Of a stretch of DNA of 64,000 bases, positions 39,580 to 51,489 are shown one piece after another; position 1 is the first letter of the stretch; every line of letters begins with the position of its first letter. The notes beneath the pieces are model-generated. The model saw only the letters and a program-made list of their open reading frames with translations. It did no database searches and had not been told where the DNA came from. This DNA is from an uncultured candidate division Zixibacteria bacterium (GTDB lineage Bacteria; Zixibacteria; MSB-5A5; GN15; PGXB01), in NCBI GenBank assembly GCA_963702205.1, contig OY969724.1, positions 384,001 to 448,000 on the forward strand. The letters run 5' to 3'. The position numbers were made by a program, and so were the translations under genes.

Positions 39580-40825
39580 CTATTCACTGAAGCGTCGTCC
39601 GAGAATGCTGACGTTGTGTCCCCCGAAACCAAAGGAATTGCTCAAAAAAGTATCGAAGTCAAAATCTCTGGCCTGGCCGGCGACATAATCAAGATCGCAT
39701 TCGGAATCCGGGTTATCAAGGTTTATGGTCGGGTGCAGTTTCCTGGCGTTTAGCGATAACACCGAGGTCACCACTTCAATGGCCCCGGCCGCACCCAGCA
39801 AATGCCCAACCATGGATTTGGTCGAATTCACCGGAATTTTGTAGGCCCGGTCACCGAAGACCCTTTTTACGGCTTTGGTTTCGGCGATGTCACCCAGCGG
39901 CGTGGCCGTCCCGTGACTGTTGATATAATCAACGTCGTCGGGTTTCAAACCGGCGTCTCGGATAGCGTTTTCCATGGCCTGACGAGCCCCGCCACCGTCC
40001 GGAAGCGGCGCCGTTATATGGTGCGCGTCACAGGTTATTCCACCCCCGAGGATTTCAGCATATATGGTCGCACCGCGAGCCCTGGCCGATTCCAGGGATT
40101 CGAGGATCACGATAGCCGAACCCTCACCCATGACAAAACCGTCACGGTCCTTGTCGAACGGACGCGAAGCCCTGCCCGGTTCGTCATTTCGAGTCGATAT
40201 GGCGTGAGCCGAACAGAACCCGGCCAGCGACGTCGGCGTGATAGTCGCCTCGGCACCACCGGCGATCATGATATCGGTCTCACCCCTTTGTATGGTGCGA
40301 TATGCATCCAGTATGGCATGAGACGACGAAGCGCAGGCGGAGACGGTGGCGTAATTGGGACCCCGGAAACCGAAGCGTATGGCCACCAGCCCGGCACACA
40401 TATCGGCGATCATCATCGGAATGAAAAAAGGAGAAACCTTGCGCGGTCCGCCATTGAGCAAAGCCTCGTGCTGTTTCTCGAACGTGGTTATCCCGCCAAT
40501 ACCGGAGCCGATTATGACTCCCGCCCGCAGAAGGTCGATCTTCTCGGTATCGATTCCGGAATGATTCACGGCCAGCTGCGACGCGACGACGGCGTACTGC
40601 TGGCACAAATCCATCCGGCGGCCTTCTTTTTTTTCGATGTATTTGTCCGGCTCAAACCCGGACACCAGCGCGGCGATCCGGGTCGTGTATTCGCTGACGT
40701 CAAATCGGTCAATTGTTACGACCCCGCTTTTACCGGAGACTATGGCCTGCCAGGTACTGATCGAGATCGCATCCAAACGGGGAAACAACCCCCATTCCGG
40801 TTATGACGGTTCTTACTGCTTCCAT
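39580..40825 (-). CDS. fabF: Beta-ketoacyl-ACP synthase II (one extra base near 40753 splits the N-terminus)
   Basis: True start MEAVRTVITGMGVVSPFG at 40825 is in a different frame from the body (SACASS, HGTATPLGD, GHLLGAAG, NSFGFGGHN). Removing one base gives 414 aa. Confidence 0.95.
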
Positions 40826-40841
40826 TCAGTAATTATCATCC

Positions 40842-41078
40842 TTAATCTTGATGCTCCTGAATATATTTGATGGCATCGCCGACCGAGGTTATTTTCTCAG
40901 CGTCTTCGTCGGGAATTTCGATGGAGAACTCCTCTTCAAGAGCCATCACCAACTCGACGGTATCGAGAGAATCAGCGCTCAGATCCTCGACAAACTTGGC
41001 TTCTTCGGTCACCTGAGCGGCATCAACACCTAATTGCTCGACGATAATGTCCTTCACTTTCTGGGCAATGTCAGACAT
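40842..41078 (-). CDS. acpP: Acyl carrier protein
   Basis: [20 protein letters not shown]. Confidence 0.98.
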   Translation of the reverse strand: MSDIAQKVKDIIVEQLGVDAAQVTEEAKFVEDLSADSLDTVELVMALEEEFSIEIPDEDAEKITSVGDAIKYIQEHQD

Positions 41079-41116
41079 CCTCTCCTCCTTGTAACATTTA
41101 TCACTTCTGGTTTTAT

Positions 41117-41857
41117 TTACATCAACAAGCCGCCGTCCACCCCGACCACCTGGCCGGTAATGTACGCGGCATCATCCGAGACCAGAAAGGCGGTCACCGC
41201 GGCGACGTCTTCGGGCAGGCCGAGCCTTCCCAGGGGTATTCCCCCCGACAGTTTTTCGCGGGCCGCTTCCGGCATTTTGTCGGTCATTTCGGTCTTAATG
41301 AATCCGGGGGCAATCGCGTTGACCGTAATCCCCCGCGAGGCCAGTTCCTTGGCCGCGGCCTTGGTCAGGCCAATCAAGCCGGCTTTGCTGGCGGCGTAAT
41401 TGGTCTGCCCGGCGTTGCCCATCCGGCCGACGACCGACGATATATTCACAATCCGACCGTTGCGCTGCTTGATCATGACTTTCGCGGCGGCCTGGGTGAC
41501 CAGAAACGCCCCTTTAAGATTCACGTTCAAGACCGCATCCCAGTCGGCTTCTTTCATTCTCATCATCAACGTGTCGCGGGTAATACCGGCATTGTTGACG
41601 ACTATGTCAAGGGTTTCATACTGCTTGACGGCTTCATCTATCAAATGACCGGCGTCTTCGAAATTGGAGACGTCGGCTTTGATCGCGACGGCATCGTAAC
41701 CTTTGGCTTTGAATTCTTCCACGGTGCTGCGGGCGACGTCTTCAAGAACGTCGGAGATAATGACTCTTGCGCCTTCGGAGGCCAGCCGTTCGGCAATAGC
41801 CCGCCCGATACCGCGCGCCGATCCCGTAATCAGGGCCGTTTTTCCTTTGAATCGCAT
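41117..41857 (-). CDS. fabG: 3-oxoacyl-ACP reductase
   Basis: [24 protein letters not shown]; fab cluster context. Confidence 0.97.
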   Translation of the reverse strand: MRFKGKTALITGSARGIGRAIAERLASEGARVIISDVLEDVARSTVEEFKAKGYDAVAIKADVSNFEDAGHLIDEAVKQYETLDIVVNNAGITRDTLMMRMKEADWDAVLNVNLKGAFLVTQAAAKVMIKQRNGRIVNISSVVGRMGNAGQTNYAASKAGLIGLTKAAAKELASRGITVNAIAPGFIKTEMTDKMPEAAREKLSGGIPLGRLGLPEDVAAVTAFLVSDDAAYITGQVVGVDGGLLM

Positions 41858-41860
41858 AGC

Positions 41861-42796
41861 CTAACCCACCGGAACCGTCTTGAATTGTTCCACGTCCTGC
41901 AGAGTATCTATATTCATAATATTGGAATTCCTGATCTCACGTTTCGCCAGACCGGTCAGAACTTTGCCCGGACCGACTTCGATAAAAGTATCGATTCCGT
42001 ACTGATTGATCGCTTTCATCGTCTGGTACCACCTCACCGGGGTCGTCAATTGCTCTATCAAAAGCTCCTTGAGCATCATGGCGTCGCGCTCCTGAGTGGC
42101 GGTTACGTTGGGAATAATATCAATCTTCGGTTTGTTAAACGTCAGTGTATCCAAAAATTCCCGCATCCCGTCCTGGGCCGATGCCATCAGCGGTGAATGG
42201 AAAGCGCCGCCGACCTGAAGAATCATGGCCCGCTTGGCCCCGGCTTCCTTGCACAATTCGCAGGCTTTTTCGACTCCTGCCACGGCCCCGGAAATGACTA
42301 CCTGTCCCGAGGAATTATAATTGGCCGGGACAACCACGCCGGACGCCGAAGCGCTTTTGCATATTTCCGCAATTTTGGTTTCTTCAAGACCCAGAATGGC
42401 GGCCATGGTGCTCGGCTCTTTCTGACACGCTTTTTCCATCAGGGAGGCGCGGCGAGCCACTGCCCGGACGGCGTCGTCAAAGCCTAATACACCGGCCAGT
42501 GCCAGGGCACCGTACTCACCGAGCGAATGCCCGGCCGTTACTTCGGTCTCGGGAATATTGTCTTTAAGCAAAGTGAGGACAGCCAGAGAATGAAGCAGTA
42601 TGGCCGGTTGCGTGAATCTCGTCTGTTTCAGCGTTTCAGCCGGACCGTCAAATGAAATTCTGGCGATATCTTCGCCGATATATTCGGAGGCATTGGCGTA
42701 CATCTTCCGGACTTCTTCACTGGCGTCGTACAGGTCGCGGCCCATGCCGACGTACTGCGACGCCTGCCCCGGAAAGACTATGGCTACCTTGTTCAT
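41861..42796 (-). CDS. fabD: Malonyl-CoA:ACP transacylase
   Basis: FPGQASQ, GHSLGEY, AFHSPLM. Confidence 0.97.
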   Translation of the reverse strand: MNKVAIVFPGQASQYVGMGRDLYDASEEVRKMYANASEYIGEDIARISFDGPAETLKQTRFTQPAILLHSLAVLTLLKDNIPETEVTAGHSLGEYGALALAGVLGFDDAVRAVARRASLMEKACQKEPSTMAAILGLEETKIAEICKSASASGVVVPANYNSSGQVVISGAVAGVEKACELCKEAGAKRAMILQVGGAFHSPLMASAQDGMREFLDTLTFNKPKIDIIPNVTATQERDAMMLKELLIEQLTTPVRWYQTMKAINQYGIDTFIEVGPGKVLTGLAKREIRNSNIMNIDTLQDVEQFKTVPVG

Positions 42797-42797
42797 A

Positions 42798-43796
42798 TTA
42801 AAGCTCCTGCCATTTTACGACCGCCGAAGCCCAGGTCAGTCCACCACCGAAGGCGGTCATCAGTATAATGTCACCGTCGTTCAGTTTACCTTCGCGGTAA
42901 GCCTCATCGAGTGCAATCGGAACCGAAGCGGCCGAGGTATTACCGTATTTATCGATGTTCACGAACACCTTTTCGCGAGGGATTCCGAGTCTTTTGGCGG
43001 TGGCGTCCATGATTCTTATATTGGCCTGATGCGGAATAAGCCAGTCCACGTCGGATGATTTCAACCCGGCGCTTTTAAGAGAGCGCTGCGAGGCATCGGC
43101 CATCTGGCGAACGGCGTGCTTGAACACTTCACTGCCGTTCATTTCTATATAAATATTTTTGGTATTGTCTTTCATGGTCTGAACCGGCGTCAATGAGCCG
43201 CCCTCGCGAATCCAGAGCAGTTCGGTCTGGTTGCCATCGGATTTGAAAAATGTCGACAAAACGCCGGTATCCTCGTCGGACGCCGATAGAATCACGGCCC
43301 CGGCCCCGTCGCCAAAGAGCACACAGGTGTTGCGGTCGGTGTAATCGGTAACGGTCGAAAGTGCCTCGGCTCCGATGACGAGTATATTTTTGAACTTGCC
43401 GATCTGGATATAGGCGTCCGCCACCGACAGCCCGTGAATAAAACCGGCGCAGGCGGCGACGATGTCAAATGTCCCGGCATTCTTGAAGCCCATTTTTTTC
43501 TGGAGAATGCACGCCGCCGAAGGGAGCCTGTAATCGGGCGTAACCGTGGCGAAAATGACAAGGTCAATTTCTTCCGGCTTTAACCCGGATATTTTCATGG
43601 CTTTCTCAGTGGCATCCAGCGCCATGTCCGTTGTCGCCAGCTTACTGTTTAATATGCGCCTTTCAACAATCCCCGTACGCGTCCGAATCCATTCGTCCGA
43701 CGTATCGACTATTTTTTCCAGGTCGGCGTTGGTCAGACGCTTCTCAGGAAGATGCGATCCCAGACCTGTTATTTTCGACCTGATCATTTGCGTCAT
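42798..43796 (-). CDS. fabH: 3-oxoacyl-ACP synthase III
   Basis: DTSDEWI..RTGI, AACAGF, PHQAN, YGNTSAAS. Start uncertain (43808, 43796 or 43787); overlaps the plsX end. Confidence 0.97.
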   Translation of the reverse strand: MTQMIRSKITGLGSHLPEKRLTNADLEKIVDTSDEWIRTRTGIVERRILNSKLATTDMALDATEKAMKISGLKPEEIDLVIFATVTPDYRLPSAACILQKKMGFKNAGTFDIVAACAGFIHGLSVADAYIQIGKFKNILVIGAEALSTVTDYTDRNTCVLFGDGAGAVILSASDEDTGVLSTFFKSDGNQTELLWIREGGSLTPVQTMKDNTKNIYIEMNGSEVFKHAVRQMADASQRSLKSAGLKSSDVDWLIPHQANIRIMDATAKRLGIPREKVFVNIDKYGNTSAASVPIALDEAYREGKLNDGDIILMTAFGGGLTWASAVVKWQEL

Positions 43797-44826
43797 GTCC
43801 ATTTCCATTGTTTAATGTCAGCATTTCCTGCTTGATATTGGAATTTATTTTGTGGCGGGCCATATCCATGGCTATCAGCACGGCGTTCTTGATCGCCTTG
43901 GTCGACGATGATCCGTGACATATGATGGCAACCCCGTCGACGCCCAAAAGCGGAGCTCCGCCGTACTCGCTGTAATCGAATGAACGGCGAAGTCTTTTCA
44001 AAAACGGCAGCATCAGGGCCGCTCCCATTCTCGAAAAAATGTTCGTCTGAATCTGATGTTTCAGCGATTCGGTCAGGAAACCCTCGACCGATTCGGCGAA
44101 TTTAAGGACGATATTGCCGACGAAACCGTCGGTGGCCACCACGTCCACTTTTCCGGCGAGGATATCGCGGCCTTCGACGTTTCCGACAAAATTCAATCCC
44201 GATTTGGCAAAAATTTCGTGCGCCTGAAAAATCAATTCGTTTCCCTTGCTTCGCTCTTCACCGATCGATAAAAGCCCGATTCGCGGCGACGTCCGGCCGT
44301 ACATCAGCGACGTATACACCGAACCCATAACCCCGAACTGGTACAAATTGATCGGCTTGCATTCGGCGTTGGCGCCCACGTCGAGAACCAGAGTCGGCTT
44401 GCCTTTCGAACTCGGGAAAAAAGAACCGATCGCCGGTCGCAGGACACCCTCGACCCGGCCCAGGACCAGAATCGACGAGGCCATCACCGCCCCGGTATTC
44501 CCGGCGGAAACGAAAGCGTCGGTCTTGCCGTCTTTCTGCATTTGCAGACCGATAGCGATCGAGGAATTCTTCTTGCGAATTCCCTCCGTGGGAGTATCGG
44601 TCATGGCCACGGCGTGCGGGGCGTTTACGATAATAATGTTGTCCGGAATCGTCTTCTGGCGGCGCGTATAATCGCTGATTATTTCTTCTTTGCCTATCAG
44701 TGCCACCTGCAATTGTTCCGGGTTTTCCCGAGCCGCCCAAAGACCGCCTTCCATAATGGATTCCGGCGATGTATCGGCGCCCATAATATCAAGGGCGACC
44801 GTAATAAGATTGTTCTTTTTACCCAT
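43744..44826 (-). CDS. plsX: Phosphate acyltransferase PlsX
   Basis: ALDIMGAD, SAGNTGA, LDVGAN, GNVEGRD, DGFVGN, CHGSS. Confidence 0.97.
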   Translation of the reverse strand: MGKKNNLITVALDIMGADTSPESIMEGGLWAARENPEQLQVALIGKEEIISDYTRRQKTIPDNIIIVNAPHAVAMTDTPTEGIRKKNSSIAIGLQMQKDGKTDAFVSAGNTGAVMASSILVLGRVEGVLRPAIGSFFPSSKGKPTLVLDVGANAECKPINLYQFGVMGSVYTSLMYGRTSPRIGLLSIGEERSKGNELIFQAHEIFAKSGLNFVGNVEGRDILAGKVDVVATDGFVGNIVLKFAESVEGFLTESLKHQIQTNIFSRMGAALMLPFLKRLRRSFDYSEYGGAPLLGVDGVAIICHGSSSTKAIKNAVLIAMDMARHKINSNIKQEMLTLNNGNGHDANDQVENNRSGIASS

Positions 44827-44852
44827 ACTATTGGAGGGGTGCGGGGCTTTTC

Positions 44853-45035
44853 TTATGATTCTTTGGGTGCCGCCACCACACTGCCCTTATACCACCCGCA
44901 GTGGGGGCAAATGTGATGCGGTAATGTCGGCTGATTACAGTTGGAGCATTCAACTACCGTCGGCGCAGCAAGTTTCCAATGGGTTCTTCTTCTGCGGCCA
45001 CGGGCTCGCGAATGACGTCTTTTTGGAAGTGCCAT
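44853..45035 (-). CDS. rpmF: 50S ribosomal protein L32
   Basis: MALPKRRHS...CSNC...PHHICPHCGWY. Confidence 0.97.
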   Translation of the reverse strand: MALPKRRHSRARGRRRRTHWKLAAPTVVECSNCNQPTLPHHICPHCGWYKGSVVAAPKES

Positions 45036-45063
45036 GTTATATTCCGGTTATGGTTGCAGTCTG

Positions 45064-45570
45064 TCAGGAGAGGTCTTTGAGACCTTCCCACCTTTCATCT
45101 ATCTCATCACTGCGACAATCGCAGGTTTCTTCGTTCAGGTTGGCTCCGCAGTCGGGGCACAGCCCCCGACAGCCTTCGGAGCAAATCGGCTTCATCGGCA
45201 ACGCCAGCGTCAGCACCTGCCGAATCTGGTCGGTCATGTCGACGACGTTGTCGTTGGGGTGCAGCAAAATCACGTCTTCACCGTCGTCGGCCGACATCAC
45301 GGCTCTGGCGTCGGCTTTTCTGACAATAAAATTCAATTCACCATGCAGTTTGTCGGCGTATGGTTCCAGGCACCGGGAACATTCTATTTCAACCGGGGCA
45401 ATCACCTCGCCGCGACAGTAAAACTCCTCTTTCATCTTCTGTATATTCAATTTCACCGTTGCCAGTTCCGGAAAAGTTGCCCCGGAGATAGAATCCTCCA
45501 AATCATCCAGTTCCATTTCCAGAATTATATCAACCGGAAACGATGCAAATTCACGCAGGTCCAAAGCCAT
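45064..45570 (-). CDS. yceD: DUF177/YceD family protein
   Basis: CSRCL, LPMKPICSEGCRGLCPDCGANLN, DERWEGL; upstream of rpmF. Confidence 0.92.
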   Translation of the reverse strand: MALDLREFASFPVDIILEMELDDLEDSISGATFPELATVKLNIQKMKEEFYCRGEVIAPVEIECSRCLEPYADKLHGELNFIVRKADARAVMSADDGEDVILLHPNDNVVDMTDQIRQVLTLALPMKPICSEGCRGLCPDCGANLNEETCDCRSDEIDERWEGLKDLS

Positions 45571-45578
45571 AAACAGCG

Positions 45579-45607
45579 AAAGTATGCATAAGATCCGGGA
45601 AAGTCAA
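45579..45607 (-). promoter_or_regulatory. Putative sigma70 promoter of the yceD-rpmF-fab operon
   Basis: Minus strand TTGACT (45607-45602), 17 bp, TACTTT (45584-45579), then 8 nt to the ATG. Confidence 0.55.
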
Positions 45608-45610
45608 GCC

Positions 45611-45656
45611 AAAAAAGCGCCCGGAACCGCTATAAATAAGGTTGCGGGCGCTTTTT
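45611..45656 (-). terminator. Terminator of the atp operon
   Basis: AAAAAAGCGCCCGGAACC...GGTTGCGGGCGCTTTTT inverted repeat just after atpC. Confidence 0.75.
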
Positions 45657-45677
45657 AAGTCTATGTTTAAAGGCAGG

Positions 45678-46082
45678 TTATCCCTGCATGTCTTTTACTA
45701 CTTTGATTCGGTTGCGTGCCCGATCAACGGCGCGCTGGGCGCGAACCAAATCTATATTTCCGGCTTCGTTGGCCATTCTCTGTTTGGCTCTCTCAAGAGC
45801 TTCGCGCGCCCGTTCGAGGTCAATATCCGTAGCGAATTCCACCGAATCGACCAGCAGCGTCGCATGATTAGCGGATACCTCGAAAAATCCGAACGACGCG
45901 GCCATGGCCAACTCCTTCCCGTCGCAGTCACGGCACATGACCTTGCCGGGTACCGTCGCCGTGATAAGCGGTGCATGATCGGTCAACACACCCAGATAGC
46001 CTTCAGTCCCGGGGACGATCAGCGAACTGACTTCACCCTCGTAAAAGACCTTTTCCGGTGTTACGATCGAAAGTTTATACAT
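45678..46082 (-). CDS. atpC: ATP synthase F1 epsilon
   Basis: IVTPEK, PGTEGYLGVLTDHAPL, GFFEV; operon position. Confidence 0.96.
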   Translation of the reverse strand: MYKLSIVTPEKVFYEGEVSSLIVPGTEGYLGVLTDHAPLITATVPGKVMCRDCDGKELAMAASFGFFEVSANHATLLVDSVEFATDIDLERAREALERAKQRMANEAGNIDLVRAQRAVDRARNRIKVVKDMQG

Positions 46083-46096
46083 AACTTACTGCCCGC

Positions 46097-47500
<1,404 letters not shown>

Positions 47501-47541
47501 TTAATTACGCTCCGTTTATGGCAATCACTTTTTTTATCAAA

Positions 47542-48408
47542 TCAGCCTCTCAAAGCCTCGGCGCCGCCGACGATATCGAGCAGTTCCTTGGTTATGGCCG
47601 CCTGTCGGGCTTTGTTGTACTGTAACGTTAATGTATCTATCATTTCACCGGCGTTGGACGTCGCCGCCCCCATGGCAATCATACGGGTGCCATGTTCGGA
47701 GGCGAACGAATCGGCCAGGGCCGTGATCATTTTCATATAGGCATAGCGCGGCATCAAATCGGTGAAGATGGCTTCCGGCGAGGGTTCGAAAATGTAATCC
47801 TGCTTCACTGCGGCGCCTTCTTCGATTTGCGGCCGTTCCACCGGTAAGTACATCTTCTCGGTGATGCGATAACGGGTCGTCGAAAGAAACTGCGTATAAA
47901 TCATCGTGATCTCATCGGTTTCACCGTCCACGAACCGCCCCGTCAGCAGATCGACGATATCGCGCGCCTTGTTGTAATCAAGGTTGCCGCCCCAATCGAA
48001 GAATTTTCCCGTTATCGGCCAGTCGCGGCGTTTGAAAAAATCGAAACCGCGTTTGCCGACAAGCACCAGGTCGGTATTGGCCGGGTCCTTGTCGGACAGC
48101 CAGGCGCGGGCTCGGGAAATCAGGTTGGAATTGAACGAACCACACAGGCCGCGGTCAGCCATGATCAGCACCAACGTCCGTTTTTTCACGTCGCGGGTTT
48201 CGAAGAACGGGTGCATCAGTTTGCCGCCGGCTGAAGCTGACAGGTGTATCAGAATATGATCCAGTTTTTCCGAGTATGGCCTCACCTGCATGATTTTCAT
48301 CTGAGCTTTACGCAGTTTGGCCGCCGCCACCATCTCCATGGCCTTGGTGATCTGGCGCGTGGATATGACCGATCTGATTCTTTTCTTTACCTGGCGAAGA
48401 GTCGGCAT
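47542..48408 (-). CDS. atpG: ATP synthase F1 gamma
   Basis: QITKAMEMVAAAK, DRGLCGSFN, YNKARQAAITKEL. Confidence 0.98.
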   Translation of the reverse strand: MPTLRQVKKRIRSVISTRQITKAMEMVAAAKLRKAQMKIMQVRPYSEKLDHILIHLSASAGGKLMHPFFETRDVKKRTLVLIMADRGLCGSFNSNLISRARAWLSDKDPANTDLVLVGKRGFDFFKRRDWPITGKFFDWGGNLDYNKARDIVDLLTGRFVDGETDEITMIYTQFLSTTRYRITEKMYLPVERPQIEEGAAVKQDYIFEPSPEAIFTDLMPRYAYMKMITALADSFASEHGTRMIAMGAATSNAGEMIDTLTLQYNKARQAAITKELLDIVGGAEALRG

Positions 48409-48411
48409 AAC

Positions 48412-49926
48412 TTAGCCTTCAGTCGTAAATTGCTCTTTAAATTTCTCCGTGGCTTCCTTGAGCTTGGCCACGGTGTTGTCTGACAGGCTCTTTTCCTTCT
48501 TGATCATCTCGGCAATGTCCGGATATTTCTCGGCACAGTACAAGAGGAACTCCCTCTCGAATTCGGCCAGCTGCGCTTTGGGCAGACTGTCCAGATATCC
48601 GTTGACACCGGCCCAGATGATCATAACCTGCTGCGGCATCACCATCGGTTCGTACTGACCCTGCTTGAGAATCTCGACCATCTTTTCACCGCGTGTCAAC
48701 TGCCGCTGAGTGGCGGCGTCGAGGTCGGAACCGAACTGGGCGAAAGCCGCCAGTTCGCGGTACTGGGCGAGATCGAGACGAAGCGACCCGGCGACTTTTT
48801 TCATCGCCTTGGTCTGGGCGTTACCACCCACACGGGAGACCGAGATACCGACGTTGATGGCCGGACGAATACCCGAATAAAACAGGTCCGATTCCAAAAA
48901 GATCTGACCGTCGGTAATCGAAATGACATTGGTCGGAATGTACGCGGAGACGTCACCGGCCTGCGTCTCGATAATCGGCAGGGCGGTCAGTGATCCGCCG
49001 CCGAGTTCATCGTTCAGTTTCGCCGATCTTTCCAAAAGGCGCGAATGCAAATAAAATACGTCGCCCGGGTACGCCTCGCGTCCCGGCGGACGCCTCAGAA
49101 GAAGCGAAAGCTGACGGTACGACCAGGCGTGTTTGGACAGGTCGTCGTATATGACAAGCACGTGTTTGCCGTTGTACAGGAATTCCTCACCCATGGAGCA
49201 GCCGGCGTACGGTGCAATAAACTGCATGGGAGCGGGATCGGAAGCGTTGGCCGCCACGACCGTCGTGTATTCCATGGCGCCGTGATCTTCGAGAATTTTC
49301 ACCACCTTGGCCACGGTCGACGTTTTCTGCCCGATAGCCACATAGATACAGAATAAATCGGTATCTTTCTGATTTATGATCGTGTCAATACCCACGGCCG
49401 TCTTGCCCGTTCCGCGGTCGCCGATAATCAGCTCGCGCTGACCGCGACCGATCGGAATCATCGAGTCGATGGCCTTGAGGCCGGTCTGCACCGGCTCTTT
49501 CACCGGCTGACGCTGGGTGACACCGGGAGCATTGCCTTCGAGAATTCTGAACTTATCGGTTACAATCGGGCCTTTGCCGTCGAGCGGCTGACCGAGCGGA
49601 TTGACGACGCGACCGATGAGCGCATCGCCGGCCGGGACCTGAGCCACTTTGCCGGTGCGGCGAACCGTATCGCCTTCCTTAACCGCCTGGACGTCTCCGA
49701 ACACGGCGACACCGACGCTGTCCTCTTCGAGGTTCAGCACCAGGCCGACAATGTCACCCGGAAATTCCACCAGCTCGGACATCATGGCATCTTCGAGACC
49801 CCAGACACGGGCAATGCCGTCGCCAACCTGGAGAACCGTCCCGACCGATTCCATCTCCAGCTTGGTTTCGTACCCCTCAACCTCTTTTTTTATGATTGAA
49901 GAGACTTCTTCTGGATTTAAACCCAT
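48412..49926 (-). CDS. atpA: ATP synthase F1 alpha
   Basis: [44 protein letters not shown]. Confidence 0.99.
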   Translation of the reverse strand: MGLNPEEVSSIIKKEVEGYETKLEMESVGTVLQVGDGIARVWGLEDAMMSELVEFPGDIVGLVLNLEEDSVGVAVFGDVQAVKEGDTVRRTGKVAQVPAGDALIGRVVNPLGQPLDGKGPIVTDKFRILEGNAPGVTQRQPVKEPVQTGLKAIDSMIPIGRGQRELIIGDRGTGKTAVGIDTIINQKDTDLFCIYVAIGQKTSTVAKVVKILEDHGAMEYTTVVAANASDPAPMQFIAPYAGCSMGEEFLYNGKHVLVIYDDLSKHAWSYRQLSLLLRRPPGREAYPGDVFYLHSRLLERSAKLNDELGGGSLTALPIIETQAGDVSAYIPTNVISITDGQIFLESDLFYSGIRPAINVGISVSRVGGNAQTKAMKKVAGSLRLDLAQYRELAAFAQFGSDLDAATQRQLTRGEKMVEILKQGQYEPMVMPQQVMIIWAGVNGYLDSLPKAQLAEFEREFLLYCAEKYPDIAEMIKKEKSLSDNTVAKLKEATEKFKEQFTTEG

Positions 49927-50089
49927 CGTAAATACCTCTATTCAAATACAGACTTTATTTCGTTGTTAAACAATGCTCTCCGTTTTGTCGGCCGCGACGA
50001 ATTTTCTTTTTTTCGTCCGGCGCGGTTGCAACCGCCGAGTATCGTGCGGCGCATCTATATCAAAATTTCCTCAAACCCGGGCACAATGG

Positions 50090-50638
50090 TCAGTGGACGC
50101 GCACTTTCATCAGGCGGTTCCTTAACTGATCCAGGCCGTACCTTATCGAACCGTCGATGATCTTATTGTGCAGTATGATAATCATACCGCCGACAATGCT
50201 CTTGTCGATTTTTTCGTCCAGTTCGATCTTGAAAGACGTCTTTCGGGTTAATTGTTCAATCAGCCGGCTGCGCTCGGCGTCGGAAATCCGGGTCGTCGTA
50301 ATACAGGTCGCCCGGGCAATTCCTTTCTCGGCTTTGACCAGGCGGTCAAACTCTTCGACGATTTCAGGAAGGAAAGCAATCCGCCGTTTACGGGCCAGAA
50401 ACAGTATAAAATTGAACAGCGGTTTTTCCAGCCGTGTCGAGAAGACCTTGCCGATCAGTTCGTCTTTGGCTTCATCGGGCACCTGCGGCGCGGACATAAA
50501 ATCAAGAAAGGTATTGTCTATCTTGAGAAAATCCGCAACCGCTTTGAACTGATCCCAGGCTTTATCGAGTATATTGTGTTCGTTGGCCAGTTCGAGCAGG
50601 GCCCCGGAATATTTTTTGGCTACCTGTTGCGCGAGCAT
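50090..50638 (-). CDS. atpH: ATP synthase delta
   Basis: VAKKYSGALL, IDKSIVGGMII...IIDGSI. Confidence 0.95.
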   Translation of the reverse strand: MLAQQVAKKYSGALLELANEHNILDKAWDQFKAVADFLKIDNTFLDFMSAPQVPDEAKDELIGKVFSTRLEKPLFNFILFLARKRRIAFLPEIVEEFDRLVKAEKGIARATCITTTRISDAERSRLIEQLTRKTSFKIELDEKIDKSIVGGMIIILHNKIIDGSIRYGLDQLRNRLMKVRVH

Positions 50639-50643
50639 ATCTT

Positions 50644-51129
50644 CTAAGCTTTCTCAATATTGTCGATAAACTGACCGATCAACTGCCGTTCTTTGGCCTC
50701 ATCCAGTTTTTCCCGCAGGATATTCTGCGCCGCCGTCAGAGTGATCGTGATCATCTCTTCTTTGAGCTGAACTTTGGCCTTGGCCACGTCGCGTACGAGC
50801 TGTTCATTGGTGCGGTTGATAATTCCCCGGGCTTCTTCCTGGGCGTTTATTTTTATGTCCGAAGCCATTTTGTTGGCCTCGTTAACCGCCTCGGCTATTT
50901 TCTGCCGCCGCTCGGCGTCGATATTCTTCAGCTTGCCTTCATAACCGGCTTTGATCTTTTCCGTCTCAGCCTTTTCGGTGTCGATTCTCTCGAACTCGTC
51001 TTTGATCTTATTCCGACGCTCGTCCATAAGGTTGAGCAGCGGATGCCAGGCGAATTTCTTGAGAACCCACAGCATCAGCAGAAAGCCGAGGGCATGAGTG
51101 AGCAATTGTTGCCATTCAAGACTTATCAT
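50644..51129 (-). CDS. atpF: ATP synthase Fo b
   Basis: N-terminal TM, KKFAWHPLLNLMDERR, coiled coil. Confidence 0.95.
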   Translation of the reverse strand: MISLEWQQLLTHALGFLLMLWVLKKFAWHPLLNLMDERRNKIKDEFERIDTEKAETEKIKAGYEGKLKNIDAERRQKIAEAVNEANKMASDIKINAQEEARGIINRTNEQLVRDVAKAKVQLKEEMITITLTAAQNILREKLDEAKERQLIGQFIDNIEKA

Positions 51130-51204
51130 ATTTCCACCGTCTTGCTTGTTAATTACCGGAGACGGCCGAAAGACGTGCTTCCGGCCGCGTCCGCATCGTA
51201 ATTA

Positions 51205-51438
51205 TTATCCTACCTTGCCCATCGCAATGAAGAAAGCGATAAAGACATAAATGGTCAGAGCTTCGATAAAGGCCGCACCGATAATCATGGCGGTCTGAAT
51301 CTTGGCCGCCGCTTCCGGCTGACGACCCATGGCTTCCATGGCCGAGCCTACCGCACGACCGATACCATAAGCCGAACCCACTGCGGCAAAACCCAGGCCC
51401 AGCGGGGCGCCTAAACTGATCATCGCCTGAAAGTCCAT
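51205..51438 (-). CDS. atpE: ATP synthase Fo c
   Basis: GRQPEA loop; AAFIEALTIY carboxylate. Confidence 0.97.
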   Translation of the reverse strand: MDFQAMISLGAPLGLGFAAVGSAYGIGRAVGSAMEAMGRQPEAAAKIQTAMIIGAAFIEALTIYVFIAFFIAMGKVG

Positions 51439-51489
51439 TGTGTCCTCCTAAAACGTTTGGTCTTTTATTTAACTTTACTTCTTTTCCGT

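Noticed and set aside
43744..43808. plsX/fabH overlap as another frameshift
   Set aside because: Both proteins are complete, and the overlap only covers a non-conserved PlsX tail.
49927..50089. 163-bp atpH-atpA spacer as ncRNA or mobile element
   Set aside because: Only a modest hairpin (GCGGTTGCAACCGC) is present, with no repeat elsewhere in the window and no recognisable RNA family.
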